Source: Octopus sinensis
Lineage: Eukaryota
Assembly (NCBI RefSeq): GCF_006345805.1
Contig: NW_021835823.1
Span: 1-38,255, forward strand
Direction of reading: 5' to 3'
DNA length: 38,255 nt
The stretch's first letter is position 1; each line of letters opens with the position of its first letter. The notes under the pieces were generated by a model that saw only the letters and a program-made list of their open reading frames with translations, did no database searches and had not been told where the DNA came from. The position numbers and the translations under genes are program-made. Below, one piece after another: positions 24,190 through 34,079 of this stretch.

Positions 24190-24715
24190 AGTTTGTGTAT
24201 GAATGAATGCATGTATGTTTGTTTGCATGTATGTGTGTATAGTGTGTTTGAATTGCTGTACAGATATTGTATATTGGAGAAAAGGAGGCAGTTACAATTT
24301 TGGATAATTCTTTATTAGCGCTTTCGTCAGAACGTTTCGTTGTTCGAGGGCTGAAAAATGGAGAGAGGAGCAAAGCGGGGATGGAATAAGATAAAGAGGT
24401 TTCAGGTCAATCAAGAAAGAAGAGAAAAAATAACAAGAATACAGCATGTGAAAAGGACAGATTGATAGAGAGAAAGAGATAGAGAGAGGTTTCTTTTCAA
24501 TTGGTGTTGTGAGTTCACTGAAATTTCATTACAAAGTATTTTTGTTTTTTTTCGTTTTTTCTTTCTCTTTTCTTTTTTTCTTTTTCCATTGTATACCTAT
24601 CAACATATTTGCAAATAAACACATTTTCACAAAAGGGCTGCTGACCTTCCAAAGGTGTCAATTTTAGGAAATAGGATGAAAGAAATAAGAAATGTGGGGG
24701 ACGGTGCGGTCATCA
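2319..24715 (-). CDS. Candidate multi-exon protein-coding gene of unknown product (hand-built exon chain, both ends unresolved)
   Basis: AG/GT-bounded, stop-free, phase-compatible minus-strand exons: 24715-24646, 23883-23811, (19813-19748), 14623-14588, 13666-13572, 11211-11138, 10337-10298, (9889-9827), 7178-7111, 2653-2606, 2430-2319. Core translation: [204 protein letters not shown]. No family recognised; competing plus-strand splice signals exist. Confidence 0.4.
2946..3114 (-). mobile_element. SINE family C, 3' half only
   Basis: Reverse complement of the tail half of 3471-3836; ends in (TA)n where the internal microsatellite would be. Confidence 0.85.
3471..3836 (+). mobile_element. 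SINE family C, near full length, with internal (TA)/(TG) microsatellite
   Basis: Head GCAGGAGTGGCTGCGTGGTAAG...GGGTTCATTCCC; tail CCAGCATGGCAACAGTCAAATGACTGTAACAAGTAAAAGAGT; several similar copies in the window. Confidence 0.9.
4048..4133. repeat. (AGAT)n microsatellite after (TA)n and (AG)n
   Basis: Direct reading. Confidence 0.95.
4838..5230 (-). mobile_element. SINE family C, full length
   Basis: Reverse complement matches 25944-26352, including the internal microsatellite. Confidence 0.9.
5475..6048. repeat. (ATGT)n array, about 570 bp
   Basis: Direct reading; source of the HTYI/MYVC pseudo-ORFs. Confidence 0.97.
6050..6320 (+). mobile_element. SINE family D, headless and diverged
   Basis: GTGTTCTTAGGCAAGACTTTCTATTTCTCGTGGCTCCAGTT...GTGACGTCAGAGGTGTCAAGCTGTAC matches the reverse complement of the 36465-37432 copies. 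Confidence 0.8.
6640..7000 (-). mobile_element. Degenerate Penelope-like element 3' end (GIY-YIG remnant plus hammerhead-like motif)
   Basis: Broken minus-strand translation resembles the PLE GIY-YIG C-terminus (KCGL..., [21 protein letters not shown]), followed by CTGATGCAGGACTAGCATCCGAAACGTT. Confidence 0.5.
8012..8580 (-). mobile_element. Internally deleted mariner (569 bp, non-autonomous)
   Basis: About 30-bp TIRs TTGGGTTGTCCGGAAAGTTCATGTCGATTT / AAATCGGCACGAACTTTCCGGACAAACCAA with TA on both sides; transposase N-terminus [15 protein letters not shown] fused to C-terminus [35 protein letters not shown]...QQNGSYLVD*. Confidence 0.93.
11890..12330 (-). mobile_element. Dong/R4-type non-LTR retrotransposon fragment (pre-RT region), degenerate
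   Basis: ORF 11975-12235 ([11 protein letters not shown]...[22 protein letters not shown]) resembles the N-terminal region of R4-clade ORFs as I recall them; lies beside an (AAT)n array. Confidence 0.5.
12375..12915. repeat. (ATT)n/(ATC)n arrays with a short unique insert at about 12645-12760
   Basis: Direct reading. Confidence 0.95.
12985..13200 (+). mobile_element. SINE family B, alternative-tail type
   Basis: Head and core as at 1298; tail resembles 1810-1890. Confidence 0.85.
13436..13518. repeat. (TTC)n microsatellite
   Basis: Direct reading; source of the poly-K pseudo-ORF. Confidence 0.97.
13781..13975 (-). mobile_element. SINE family A, 5' portion
   Basis: Reverse complement begins GTGGAAACGCAATGGCCCAGCGGTTAGGGCAGCGG...GGTTTCGATTTCC. 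Confidence 0.85.
14187..14416 (-). mobile_element. SINE family B, full length, with 18-bp target-site duplication
   Basis: TTCGAACACATACCTCCT occurs at both 14169-14186 and 14417-14434. Confidence 0.93.
14978..15210 (+). mobile_element. SINE family B, alternative-tail type, diverged
   Basis: AAAGGCGGCGAGC head; GCTTATCATCCTTTCGAGGTCGATGAAATAACTACCA core. Confidence 0.8.
15208..15300. repeat. (CTA)n microsatellite
   Basis: Direct reading. Confidence 0.95.
15831..17053. repeat. AT-rich foldback: inverted arms of about 235 bp (15831-16065 and 16817-17053) around a 750-bp spacer; possibly an unclassified long-TIR element
   Basis: Arms align as reverse complements (e.g. CAATAAAGAAAGATG.TATTCACACCATA and AAATTAAATCGAACTAAAATTAATTCTATTTAAAAATAT). 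Confidence 0.85.
17581..17925 (+). mobile_element. SINE family C with internal deletion
   Basis: Head, internal microsatellite and tail match the other copies. Confidence 0.9.
18048..19331 (+). mobile_element. Near full-length mariner transposon (about 1.28 kb), defective
   Basis: Imperfect TIRs TCTCGTAGAGTAAAAGTAAGCAGC / GTTGCTTACTTTTTACTCAGCCTGA; TA at 18046-18047 and 19332-19333; transposase remnants inside. Confidence 0.93.
18226..19250 (+). pseudogene. Mariner DD34D transposase pseudogene (Hsmar1/cecropia-like)
   Basis: Frameshifted pieces [72 protein letters not shown]; several stops. Confidence 0.9.
20264..21074. mobile_element. hAT/Charlie-type MITE interrupted by a SINE-B dimer
   Basis: Termini CAGAGGTGCTCAACC / GGTTGAGAACCCTTG; flanking 8-mers ATCTATCC and ATCTACAT (degenerate TSD). 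Confidence 0.6.
20430..20885 (+). mobile_element. SINE family B dimer (full copy plus copy truncated near the A box)
   Basis: Two core/tail units; junction AATAAGAAATGTTTGCACGCCGGG at about 20665. Confidence 0.9.
21110..21416 (+). mobile_element. Old SINE-B head followed by a well-preserved SINE-B copy (21183-21416)
   Basis: Close match to the other B copies; ends AAAGAAATAGAAATAG. Confidence 0.88.
21870..22253 (-). mobile_element. SINE family B dimer (full copy plus headless alternative-tail copy)
   Basis: Junction reverse complement CGAAATACCTATTTCTTTAC at 22021-22040. Confidence 0.88.
22901..23189 (-). mobile_element. 5'-truncated Dong/R4-type LINE 3' end
   Basis: Minus translation [25 protein letters not shown], then UTR running into (AAT)n. 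Confidence 0.75.
23227..23440 (-). mobile_element. 5'-truncated Dong/R4-type LINE 3' end, second family
   Basis: Minus translation [35 protein letters not shown], then UTR ending in (AAT)n. Confidence 0.8.
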
Positions 24716-24999
24716 CTGAAAAATGAAAAAAGAGTTCAAAGTTCAAAGCCCTATGAAAATGTTTTATTTCTTTGCACTGTACAGCCAAGTCCCACATTCT
24801 GTGTAATTCTATATTTTGCATGAACAAACATTAAATATTTGTACAATATTCATAAATTGAGAAAATAAAGTCAGAATTATGAATTACTTTACCAAGTAGC
24901 TACATTAGATATATTTTCTAATCAGTGGTAAAATGGAACTAGTGTTCTTTCGCAGTTATATATGTAAGTTCTATAACAACATTTGCCAAAATCCCAATG

Positions 25000-25042
<43 letters not shown>

Positions 25043-25349
25043 CACACATACACACACATACAAATATATATATATATATACGTGTATATACGTATATCAG
25101 AACGTTTGGAGGTGATGTACAGGTATCATATATTAGGAAAAACTAAGGTACTCAGAAACCTGGATGGTTGTACATTTACAGATTTTCGTTAATATGTCAC
25201 ATGTTTTTATAAATCATATATTAGCGCTAGTAGATTCTTCAGATTTGAATTTTTGTGGGAATGCCACTCATTTTTTAGTATTATTGAGTGTGTAGGAGTG
25301 GAGAGAGATATAGTATAGTAAAAGAGGGTGAGGAATGGGGAGAAGTGAG

Positions 25350-26790
25350 AGTAAGTGTGTGTGAATGTGTTCCTGTGTATCTGAAATGAGTGCCAATGGA
25401 AAAGAGACGGAGAAAAAAAAGGAAGGGAGACAATAAAAAATGTGTGTACATCTATACAGCTGGTCAGTTCTTTCAATAGAAACGGATGAGTTGATTCTTG
25501 ACCTTTAAAGATGGCAAAACCAGGTGGTTAATCTAAGGAAGGGGGTCTTGTTTTGATAAAAGCTATTTTTCAAAACATTGGATTTATTATCATCGTCATC
25601 ATCACTGTCCAGTGAGAGAGAGTATGTGTGTTTTTTGTGTGTGTGTGAGTGTGTGTGTGCGTGTGTATCTGAAAGGAGTGTCAATGGAAAAGAGAAGGAA
25701 AGAAAGAAGGAAGAAAGGAAGGAAAAAAGAAAATTTTTTACAACTATACAGCTGTTCAGTTCATTCAATAGAAGATGACAAGTTGGTTAATAAAAGTTAT
25801 TTTTCAAAAATGATGATGGGACATGTAATACAGTGTATGAAATTCTGTGTCTTGTAGTTCATATCTGCATTTACTTTGAACGAGAATCCGCTCTTGAATT
25901 TTATGTGGGAACCACTTTCTAAGTATTTCAAGTTGTTGTTGTTGCATGAGTGGCTGTGTGGTAAGTAGCTTGCTTACGAACCACATGGTTCCGGGTTCAG
26001 TCCCACTGCGTGGCATCTTGGGCAAGTGTCTTCTACAATAGCCTCGAGCCGACCAAAGCCTTGTGAGTGGATTTGGTAGACGGAAACTGAAAGAAGCCCG
26101 TCGTATATATGTATATATATATATGTGTGTGTGTGTATGTTTGTGTGTCTGTGTTTGTCCCACTAGCATTGCTTGACAACCGATGCTGGTGTGTTTACGT
26201 CGCCGTCACTTAGCGGTTCGGCAAAAGAGACCGATATAATAAGTACTGGGCTTACAAAGAATAAGTCCTGGGGTCGATTTGTTCGACTAAAGCCGGTGCT
26301 CTAGTATGGCCGCAATCAAATAACTGAAACAAGTAAAAAGAGTAAAAAAGAGTATCTGTTATCTTCACATTCTTTTACGGAAAATTCTGATTCATTTTCT
26401 GACGTGAGGTGTTTTTGAGATTTTTTTGGTTGGTTTCTAGAGCTTCGGAAAGGGGTTTTATCAATCAAATATTTCATTTTGGGGCTTTCTAAAAGTATTT
26501 GATTTTATGGTGTGAAAGATGTTAACTACCCAAGGATAATGCGTATTAATAAATGGAATCGTGTGTTCATTAATTTTTCATTTGGAGTCATCAGTTGTGC
26601 GATGTTCAGCACCATTACCTTTTAATTCACTCGTTTATTAATCCTAAGGGATGTTTCTGCTTTGTTAGGAAGACTTTGAGCTCGTTGAGTCGGATTTGAC
26701 GTGTTTTGGGATCAGTCACAATACTTCTGATAGGTCTTGCCATGCTGTTTGTGATGTTCCTTTTGATGTGTGAGAGCTGGCAAGAGAAGA
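25350..26790 (-). mobile_element. Degenerate Penelope-like element split by a SINE-C, with tandem-duplicated 3' segment
   Basis: Minus frames SCQLSHIKRNITNSMARPIRSIVTDPKTRQIRLNELKVFLTKQKHPLGLINE, SVKECEDNR, [SINE], KYLESGSHIKFKSGFSFKVNADMNYKTQNFIHCITCP (pre-GIY-YIG Cys region). Confidence 0.7.
25944..26352 (+). mobile_element. SINE family C, full length
   Basis: A box TGGCTGTGTGG, B box GGTTCAGTCC, CORE-like CTTGGGCAAGTGTCTT, internal microsatellite, tail. Confidence 0.93.
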
Positions 26791-27194
26791 AATTCAATTA
26801 TTGGTTATATATTTGATGATATATATATATATAATTATAATAATAAGGGTTTTTTGCAACAAGTTGCTTAACCACATACCGAAAATTTTAGAAATAGCAG
26901 CCAAAAAGATTACTATTTCCTTTTACTACAAAAATAAGTCTCCACAGACAACAATATTTGTAACTCACATATGGCAAAAAAAGAAGAAAAATAATGAAAT
27001 CACCCAGTCTTCGGTTAATTATGGACGTCGTTCTGGATTAGAATCATTAAATTAATTATATTTCACCCTATATCTGTAAAGTATATATTATATATATATA
27101 TACCACCACCACTTTATTATCTCCCCTTCCCCTAGCTCTCCTCTGTGACCCTTCTGCTCGGCATTCGAAATGATAGATTGCTAGACACTAAACA

Positions 27195-27350
27195 GTCTTT
27201 ATTTTCTCTCCTTGTTTCTTTCTGTGTTGCTTTCTGTGGAAGAGCGAAGGCTTGAAACGTTAAAGACATTTTCGCATTCCGAGCGTTATATTAATACATC
27301 TGTCCACCACTTGTCTTCGTCTATTTTTTTTTATGAATTCTCTCCTATAT
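27195..27350 (+). ncRNA. Short repeat (second copy at 36305-36460) with a minimal hammerhead-like motif; probable PLE terminal repeat
   Basis: CTTT-CTGTGGA-A-GAGC GAAG GCTT-GAAAC-GTT-AAAG at 27230-27265. Confidence 0.45.
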
Positions 27351-27382
27351 ATACACATATATATGTATATATATATATATGG

Positions 27383-27762
27383 AAGCACTCCGTCGGTTAC
27401 GATGATGAGGGTTCCGGTTGATCCGAATCAACGGAGCAGCCTGCTCATGAAATTAACGTGTAAGTGGCTGAGTACTCCACAGACACGTGCACCCTTAACG
27501 TAGTACTCAGGGATATTCAGCGTGACACAGAGAGTGACAAGGCCGGCCCCTTGAAATACAGGCACAACAGAAACAGGAAGTAAGAGTGAGAGAAAGTTGT
27601 GGTGAAGAGTACAGCAGGATCACACCACCTCCCCTGCCGGAGCCTCGTGGAGCTCTTAGGTGTTTTCGCTCAATAAACACTCACAACGCCGGTCTGGAAT
27701 CGAAACCGCGATCCTATGACCACGAGTCCACTGCCCTAACCACTGGGCCATTGCGCGGCCAC
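27383..27762 (-). mobile_element. SINE family A, full length
   Basis: Head GTGGCCGCGCAATGGCCCAGTGGTTAGGGCAG...GGTTTCGATTCC. Confidence 0.9.
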
Positions 27763-27818
27763 ATATGTATGTGTGAATATCTATATATATGTATATATAT
27801 ATATATATATATATAGAT

Positions 27819-27903
<85 letters not shown>

Positions 27904-28076
27904 GTAATATATATAATAGGAGATGTGGAACACGAGTTTTGTGATATATAAAAAAGAAAATGCTGACAAAATAATTTAAGTAATTTAATTAGGTGAAAGT
28001 TCTTTTTACCACGGTTGCGCATTTGTTATGCTTATCAAAAGATTAGAGTTCCTTTCTGATAGATGTTTTGTCGTCT

Positions 28077-28135
<59 letters not shown>

Positions 28136-28152
28136 TACATATATATACATAC

Positions 28153-28233
<81 letters not shown>

Positions 28234-28580
28234 CACTATAAATAGCTACACACATACATATACGCTTGCACGTCCGCACACATACATGTACATTCATATA
28301 GAGAGAGACAGGGGAGGAGAAAACAACTCAAAAGCAGAAAAAGCATGTGTCTTAATGGCTTCTGTTTTAACTTATATTTAGCAAAGCGGAGAAAGTCAGT
28401 ACCCGCTGTCACTTTTTGCCTTTAGGTACAAATTGCTAATAATCCACTTTTTTTTTATTTGTTTTATATAAATAAATATATATATATATTTGTATGTGCG
28501 CGTATGTGTGTGTGTGTCTGTATACACACACACACACAAATATATATATATATGTATATATATATATATTATATATATAT

Positions 28581-28800
28581 ACTCTTTACTCTTTTAATTG
28601 TTTCAGTTATGTGACTGTAGCCATGCTGGAGCACTGCCTTTAGTCGAGGAACTCGACCCCAGGACTTATTCTTTGTAAGCCTAGTACTTATTCTATCGGT
28701 CACTATTGCCGAACCGCTAAGTTATGGAGACATAAACACACCAGCATCGGTTGTCAAGCGATGTTGGGGGACAAACACAGACACGCAAACATATACACAC

Positions 28801-28873
<73 letters not shown>

Positions 28874-29037
28874 TTATACGACGGCTTCTTTCAGTTTCCG
28901 TCTACCAATCCACTCACAAGGCTTTGGTCGGCCCGAGGCTATAGTAGAAGACACTTTGCCAAGGTGCCATGCAGTGGGACTAAACCCAGAACCATTTGGT
29001 TGGTAAGCAAGCTACTTAGCATACAGCCACTCTTGCG

Positions 29038-29040
<3 letters not shown>
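28581..29040 (-). mobile_element. SINE family C with expanded internal (TA)n
   Basis: Matches the other copies on both sides of the microsatellite. Confidence 0.9.
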
Positions 29041-29097
<57 letters not shown>

Positions 29098-29483
29098 CTA
29101 TATATATATATGCATGCATGCATATCTGTATATATGTATGTATGCATTTATCCATATATATAAAATTTACGTAGCCAGGGGGTTTAAGTTCGTTTAACAG
29201 TTTATTCAACGAAGTCCCATTGAATACGAATTTCATAAACAGATTCATGCACACACTTGTTTGTGTGTAAGAGACAAAGAGAGAGGGAGAGAGAAAGAGA
29301 GACTGTGTGTATTTGTGTGTATGTGAGTGTGTGTCAATGCGAGTATGAGAGTGAGTGTGCGCGTGTGTGCATGTATCCATTGTATATTCCTGTCTATCAA
29401 CTGCATATATATTTCTCTGTCCATCAGGATCCCCTATCCCTCGGTCTATATTTCTGTCTTTTTATGTATGTATGTATGTATGT

Positions 29484-29509
29484 ATCTATCTATCTATCTA
29501 TCTATATCC

Positions 29510-29563
<54 letters not shown>

Positions 29564-29578
29564 GTCTATCTATCTATC

Positions 29579-29630
<52 letters not shown>
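29484..29630. repeat. (CTAT)n microsatellite
   Basis: Direct reading. Confidence 0.95.
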
Positions 29631-29631
<1 letters not shown>

Positions 29632-29632
29632 C

Positions 29633-30706
29633 CCCCGCAGCTCGTCTCCTTGGACGAACTACAGTCATGGATCAAGCAGAGACCGAGGGTAGGCGAATGG
29701 CACCGCGAGTGTCGCGTTGCTCTCAAGCAACTCTGCCGTCCGGGATCGAACTTGTGCGACTCCATCACAACAAAGGCATTCTATAGAGGATTAGTGGAGG
29801 GGAGGTGCGACGACGAACTCGGGCAGAGTCTGGGCGTCGACGAGGAACACCTGACCCGCCTGTTCAGGACAACTTTCGGGCTGGGACCTATGAACAATCA
29901 CCAAAGATCCCTGGCCTGGCAGTGCTATCGAGAAGCATTACCTGTTCGGGATAAGCTCTACAGACACGGTTCCAGACACACTGGACCGACTTGCCCGAGA
30001 TGCGGTCAGAGCGACGAAACCGTTCTGCACGCACTCGTGCAATGTCCAACCATTTCCGACCTGTGGGCTTATGCCGAACGGCTGCTGTCACGTGTGGGAC
30101 GAATCCGCCTGTCGGCCGAGGTATCGTAAGAATTGCTCCGCCCCCTTCCCTCAACCGGGAAGGCAAGGCAGTTTTCATCGTACTGGTGGCCATGGTGAAA
30201 GAATGTGTGTGGTGGACTCGAGCGAAAGGATTAAGAGACAACACTTACCTCTCTGGCCAATCGCTCATCAACTTTTTCAAGTACCACTTGAAAAGGAAGG
30301 TGAGAATGGAGAGGGAAGTTTTGTCTCGCGAAAGATTCAAAAAAAGATGAGGTGAATGTTCAAGATGGTGCGTGCTAGTAACGAAACCATTTTGAGCATG
30401 ATCCTGTAGATCGTAAAAAAGAAAGAAAGAGAGCATTTTTGACCTCATGTGTTTATTTCCTCCTGACTGGGGTTCCCGTGGTCTTTTCTGTAGGCTTTTC
30501 TCCCCACGGATGAACCCAATCTTGTATATCAATGTTACACCATTATTTCTGTGATACACGATTTTCTTTTTTTTCCTTTTTCTTCCTCTTCTCGATCCCT
30601 TTTGATCGCAATCTTACATTTTTTATTTTTTTCCACCCTCGAAAAGAAAAGCTCTGCATTTGTATTTGTCCCCTCTGTATTAGCCTGTGTGGCTAATAAA
30701 AGAAAG
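29633..30706 (+). mobile_element. 5'-truncated L1/Tx1-type LINE (C-terminal zf-RVT region plus 3' UTR), copy 1
   Basis: SLAWQCYREALPVRDKLYRHG...CPRCGQSDETVLHALVQC (CCHC knuckle); later frame FKYHLKRKVRMER; frameshifted. Confidence 0.85.
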
Positions 30707-30806
30707 TTATCTATCTATCTATCTATCTATCTATGTCTATCTATCTATCTTCTATATATCTAATTCTAGTATCTATCTATATCTATCTATCTATCTATCT
30801 ATCTAT
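30707..30806. repeat. (CTAT)n microsatellite between the two LINE copies
   Basis: Direct reading. Confidence 0.95.
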
Positions 30807-32174
30807 AACGCATCCTCTTTCGCTTCTGTGGAAAGGATGCGTCCCGATGGTCAGGCGATCCATTTGCTGTCAACACCCGTTTAAAAGGAGGGCTGAGACA
30901 TGCCGTGGTTGATGATGCGCAGACACGCGCTGAGACTGCGACATCTCTGGCTCTATGTAGACGACGGTGAACAGGTGTGGTCGCCGGTGTGAGGCACGCT
31001 TTCCGCAGCTCGTCTCCATGACCGAATGCAGTCGTGGATCAAAAAGAGGCCGAGAAGGGCGAATGGCACCGCGAGTGTCGCGTTGCTCTCAAGCAACTCT
31101 GCCGTCCTGGGTCGACCTTAAGTGACTTCAACACAACCAAAGATTCTATAGGGGTTTAGTGGAGGGGAGGTACGACGACGAGCTCGGGGCGAACCTGGAC
31201 GTCGACGAGGAGTACCTGACCGCCTGTTCGGGACGACTTTCGGGCCAGGGCCCATGGACAACTTCCAGAGATCCTGGCCTGGCAGTGCTACCGAGAAGCG
31301 CTACCCGTTCGGGATAAGCTCTACAGACACGGCTCGAGAAACACGGGGCCGACCTGCCCGAGATGCGGTCAGAGCGACGACGAAACCGTTCTGCACGCAC
31401 TCGTTCAGTGTCCAACAATTTCCGACCTGTGGGCTTATGTCGAACAACTGCTGTCACGTGTGGGACGAGTCGGTTTATCAGCTGAGTCTATCGTCAATAT
31501 TGTCACACCTCCTTCCTTCAAAACGGAAGGAAGAGCTATTTTCATCATCCTTGTGGCTATGGCGAAAGAATGTATCTGGTGGACGCGTCTGAAAGGATTG
31601 GAGACAAACACTTTCCTCTCTGGTCAATCTCTCATCAACTTCTTCAAGTACCACTTGAAAAGGAAAGTGAGAGTAGAGAGGCAAGTTTTGTCTAGCGAAT
31701 GTTTTAAAAAAAGATGGTGAATGTAGCAAGAATGGCACGTATGAATGACGAAGCCACCTTGAGCATAGTCCTATGAACCCAGAAATCGAAAACAGAGAGT
31801 TGCTATTTGCAAAAAAAAAAAAAAAAAAAAAGAAATATAAAATGTGACTTCATTGACCGAGGTTACCGGGGTCTTTTCCGCAGGCTTTTCTTTCCACGGG
31901 TAAACCTCACCTGTCCTCCCCTTTACACTTCATATTGACATTTCTGTGATAACGATCCCTATTGATCATTTTTTTTCCTCTCCCCCCCCCTTTTTTTTTT
32001 TTTTTTTTTTTTAACCCCCTTATTTTTGTCCTCTTTCTCTCCTTTTACGATCCCTTTTGATCGAAACCCTCCCCTTCCTTTTTTTTTTTTTTTTTTTTTA
32101 ATACCTTCAAAAGAAAAGCTCTACCTTGTAATTTGTTCTATCTGTGTGCAGCCCTGTGTGGCTAATGAAGAAAC
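30807..32174 (+). mobile_element. 5'-truncated L1/Tx1-type LINE, copy 2 (longer)
   Basis: Begins ILFRF.WKGCVPMVRRSICCQHP..GGL.MPWLMMRRHALRLRHLW, then parallels copy 1 to the 3' end. Confidence 0.85.
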
Positions 32175-32203
32175 ATATCTATATATATCTATCTATCTAT
32201 CTA

Positions 32204-32254
<51 letters not shown>

Positions 32255-32267
32255 CTATCTATCTTAT

Positions 32268-32299
<32 letters not shown>

Positions 32300-32425
32300 A
32301 TCTATCTTATCTATCAATCTATCTATCTATCACTATCTATCTATCTATCTATCTATCTATATCTATCTATATCTATCTATCTATCTATATCTATCTATCT
32401 ATCTGTATCTATCTATCTATCTATC

Positions 32426-32473
<48 letters not shown>

Positions 32474-32600
32474 CTCTATCTATCTCTCTATCTATCTATC
32501 AATCTATCTATCTATATCTATCTATCTATCTATATATTTATTTATCTATCTATTTATCTATATATCTATCTCTCTATCTATCTGTCTATCTTTGCGTCTG
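32175..32600. repeat. Long degenerate (CTAT)n array
   Basis: Direct reading. Confidence 0.95.
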
Positions 32601-33073
32601 TCTGTCTGACATTGCGTCTGTCTGTCTTTCTGTCTGGCTACTACGTCTGTCACTCTTTATCTGCCTGTATATCTACATGTATGTATGTATATAAATACAT
32701 GTATATATATTTGTGTATATACATATACATATATACCTATATATCTACACACACACACGCACACACACACACACACACACATATTACTATGAATCATGGT
32801 CTCCTTTCATGTCAGCGTCCTCTCACGGTCTCTTCATCCTGTTCTTCATTATTAATTCGAATCTTGTGATGTTAAAATTTAGCAGCTGAAAATACATTCA
32901 GACAACAGTAACAAACTACTCGAATAACCTAAAACCAGTCCGAAAAATGTGTATATATACACACATACAGACTATACATACACACTTATATATATATATA
33001 TATATAATATATATATATATAATATATATAATATATATATATATATATAACTATACATATATACATGTTTATC

Positions 33074-33108
<35 letters not shown>

Positions 33109-33514
33109 GTATATATGAATATATGTATGTATGTATGCATGTATGTATCTTTTAACGGTTAAATTATACATTTCTATGCAGCAAATTATTTAAATGTTGA
33201 ATATAAAAAACTTTAGCGCTAAATGGTTTAATGTTCTATGTCAGAGTACTAACAGGCAGCAGAAATAGACAAAAATAACACAGCCGCTACAAACAGGACT
33301 ACAAAGATGAACTATAAAAAAAGAAAATGTGTTACATATATTTATGAAGACGATTATTATTATGGCCACCATAATTATACCGCTAATGGCCATAGCAATA
33401 ATAATAGCAATGACAACAACAACAACAACAAAAACAAAAATAATAGTAATAATATTTACATGAAAAATCAGTGTAATAATATTTATAGTAAGAAGAAATA
33501 TTAATGTATGTGAT

Positions 33515-33690
33515 AATAAAGAAAAGGTTAGGGGTATTATAAATGCATTAGATTAATACTTAAAACAGAACTTAATGCCATAAATAAATTAATAGGCATC
33601 AACACTTTATCTGTTCCAGTAGTCAGTTACAGTTACTATATCCTCAACAAAAAGCGTAAGTGAATTAGAAAAATGCTACACAGGAAATTC
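33515..33690 (+). mobile_element. Dong/R4-type RT fragment
   Basis: IRLILKTELNAINKLIGINTLSVPVVSYSYYIL, homologous to the region at 35400-35510. Confidence 0.65.
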
Positions 33691-34079
33691 CGTTCTATTT
33701 AATCGACGACGGTGGGGTGAAGTCACAGCATACTGTTGCTGACATATATATCTATGCTAATTGTAGGCCTGTCTGTCCACACTGATAGGTATCTTACAGG
33801 TAAACCCAGTGTTTAAAGTATTCTGAAGAGTAAGATAGGGTAATAAGTTAAGTAAGAAATCGTAGAGGTAATTTAGTACAATCTTCATATTTATAGCAAT
33901 TGTATCTGTAGCACCTCGTTTCTAACTCTACTGCGCGTAAATAACCCTGTCTGAAGGATTTCGTAATTTGTGTGGTTGAGTATCTCTGAGTTGTTCTCCT
34001 TCAGACGCACATTATGTCGTACTATTTTGCACTGAGCGCAAAATATGTGCTAATATGTTTGGCAATATAGGGAAGTAAT

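Noticed and set aside
29257-30129. 290-aa ORF as a host zinc-finger gene
   Set aside because: The N-terminal half is microsatellite; the C-terminal half is a LINE zf-RVT remnant.
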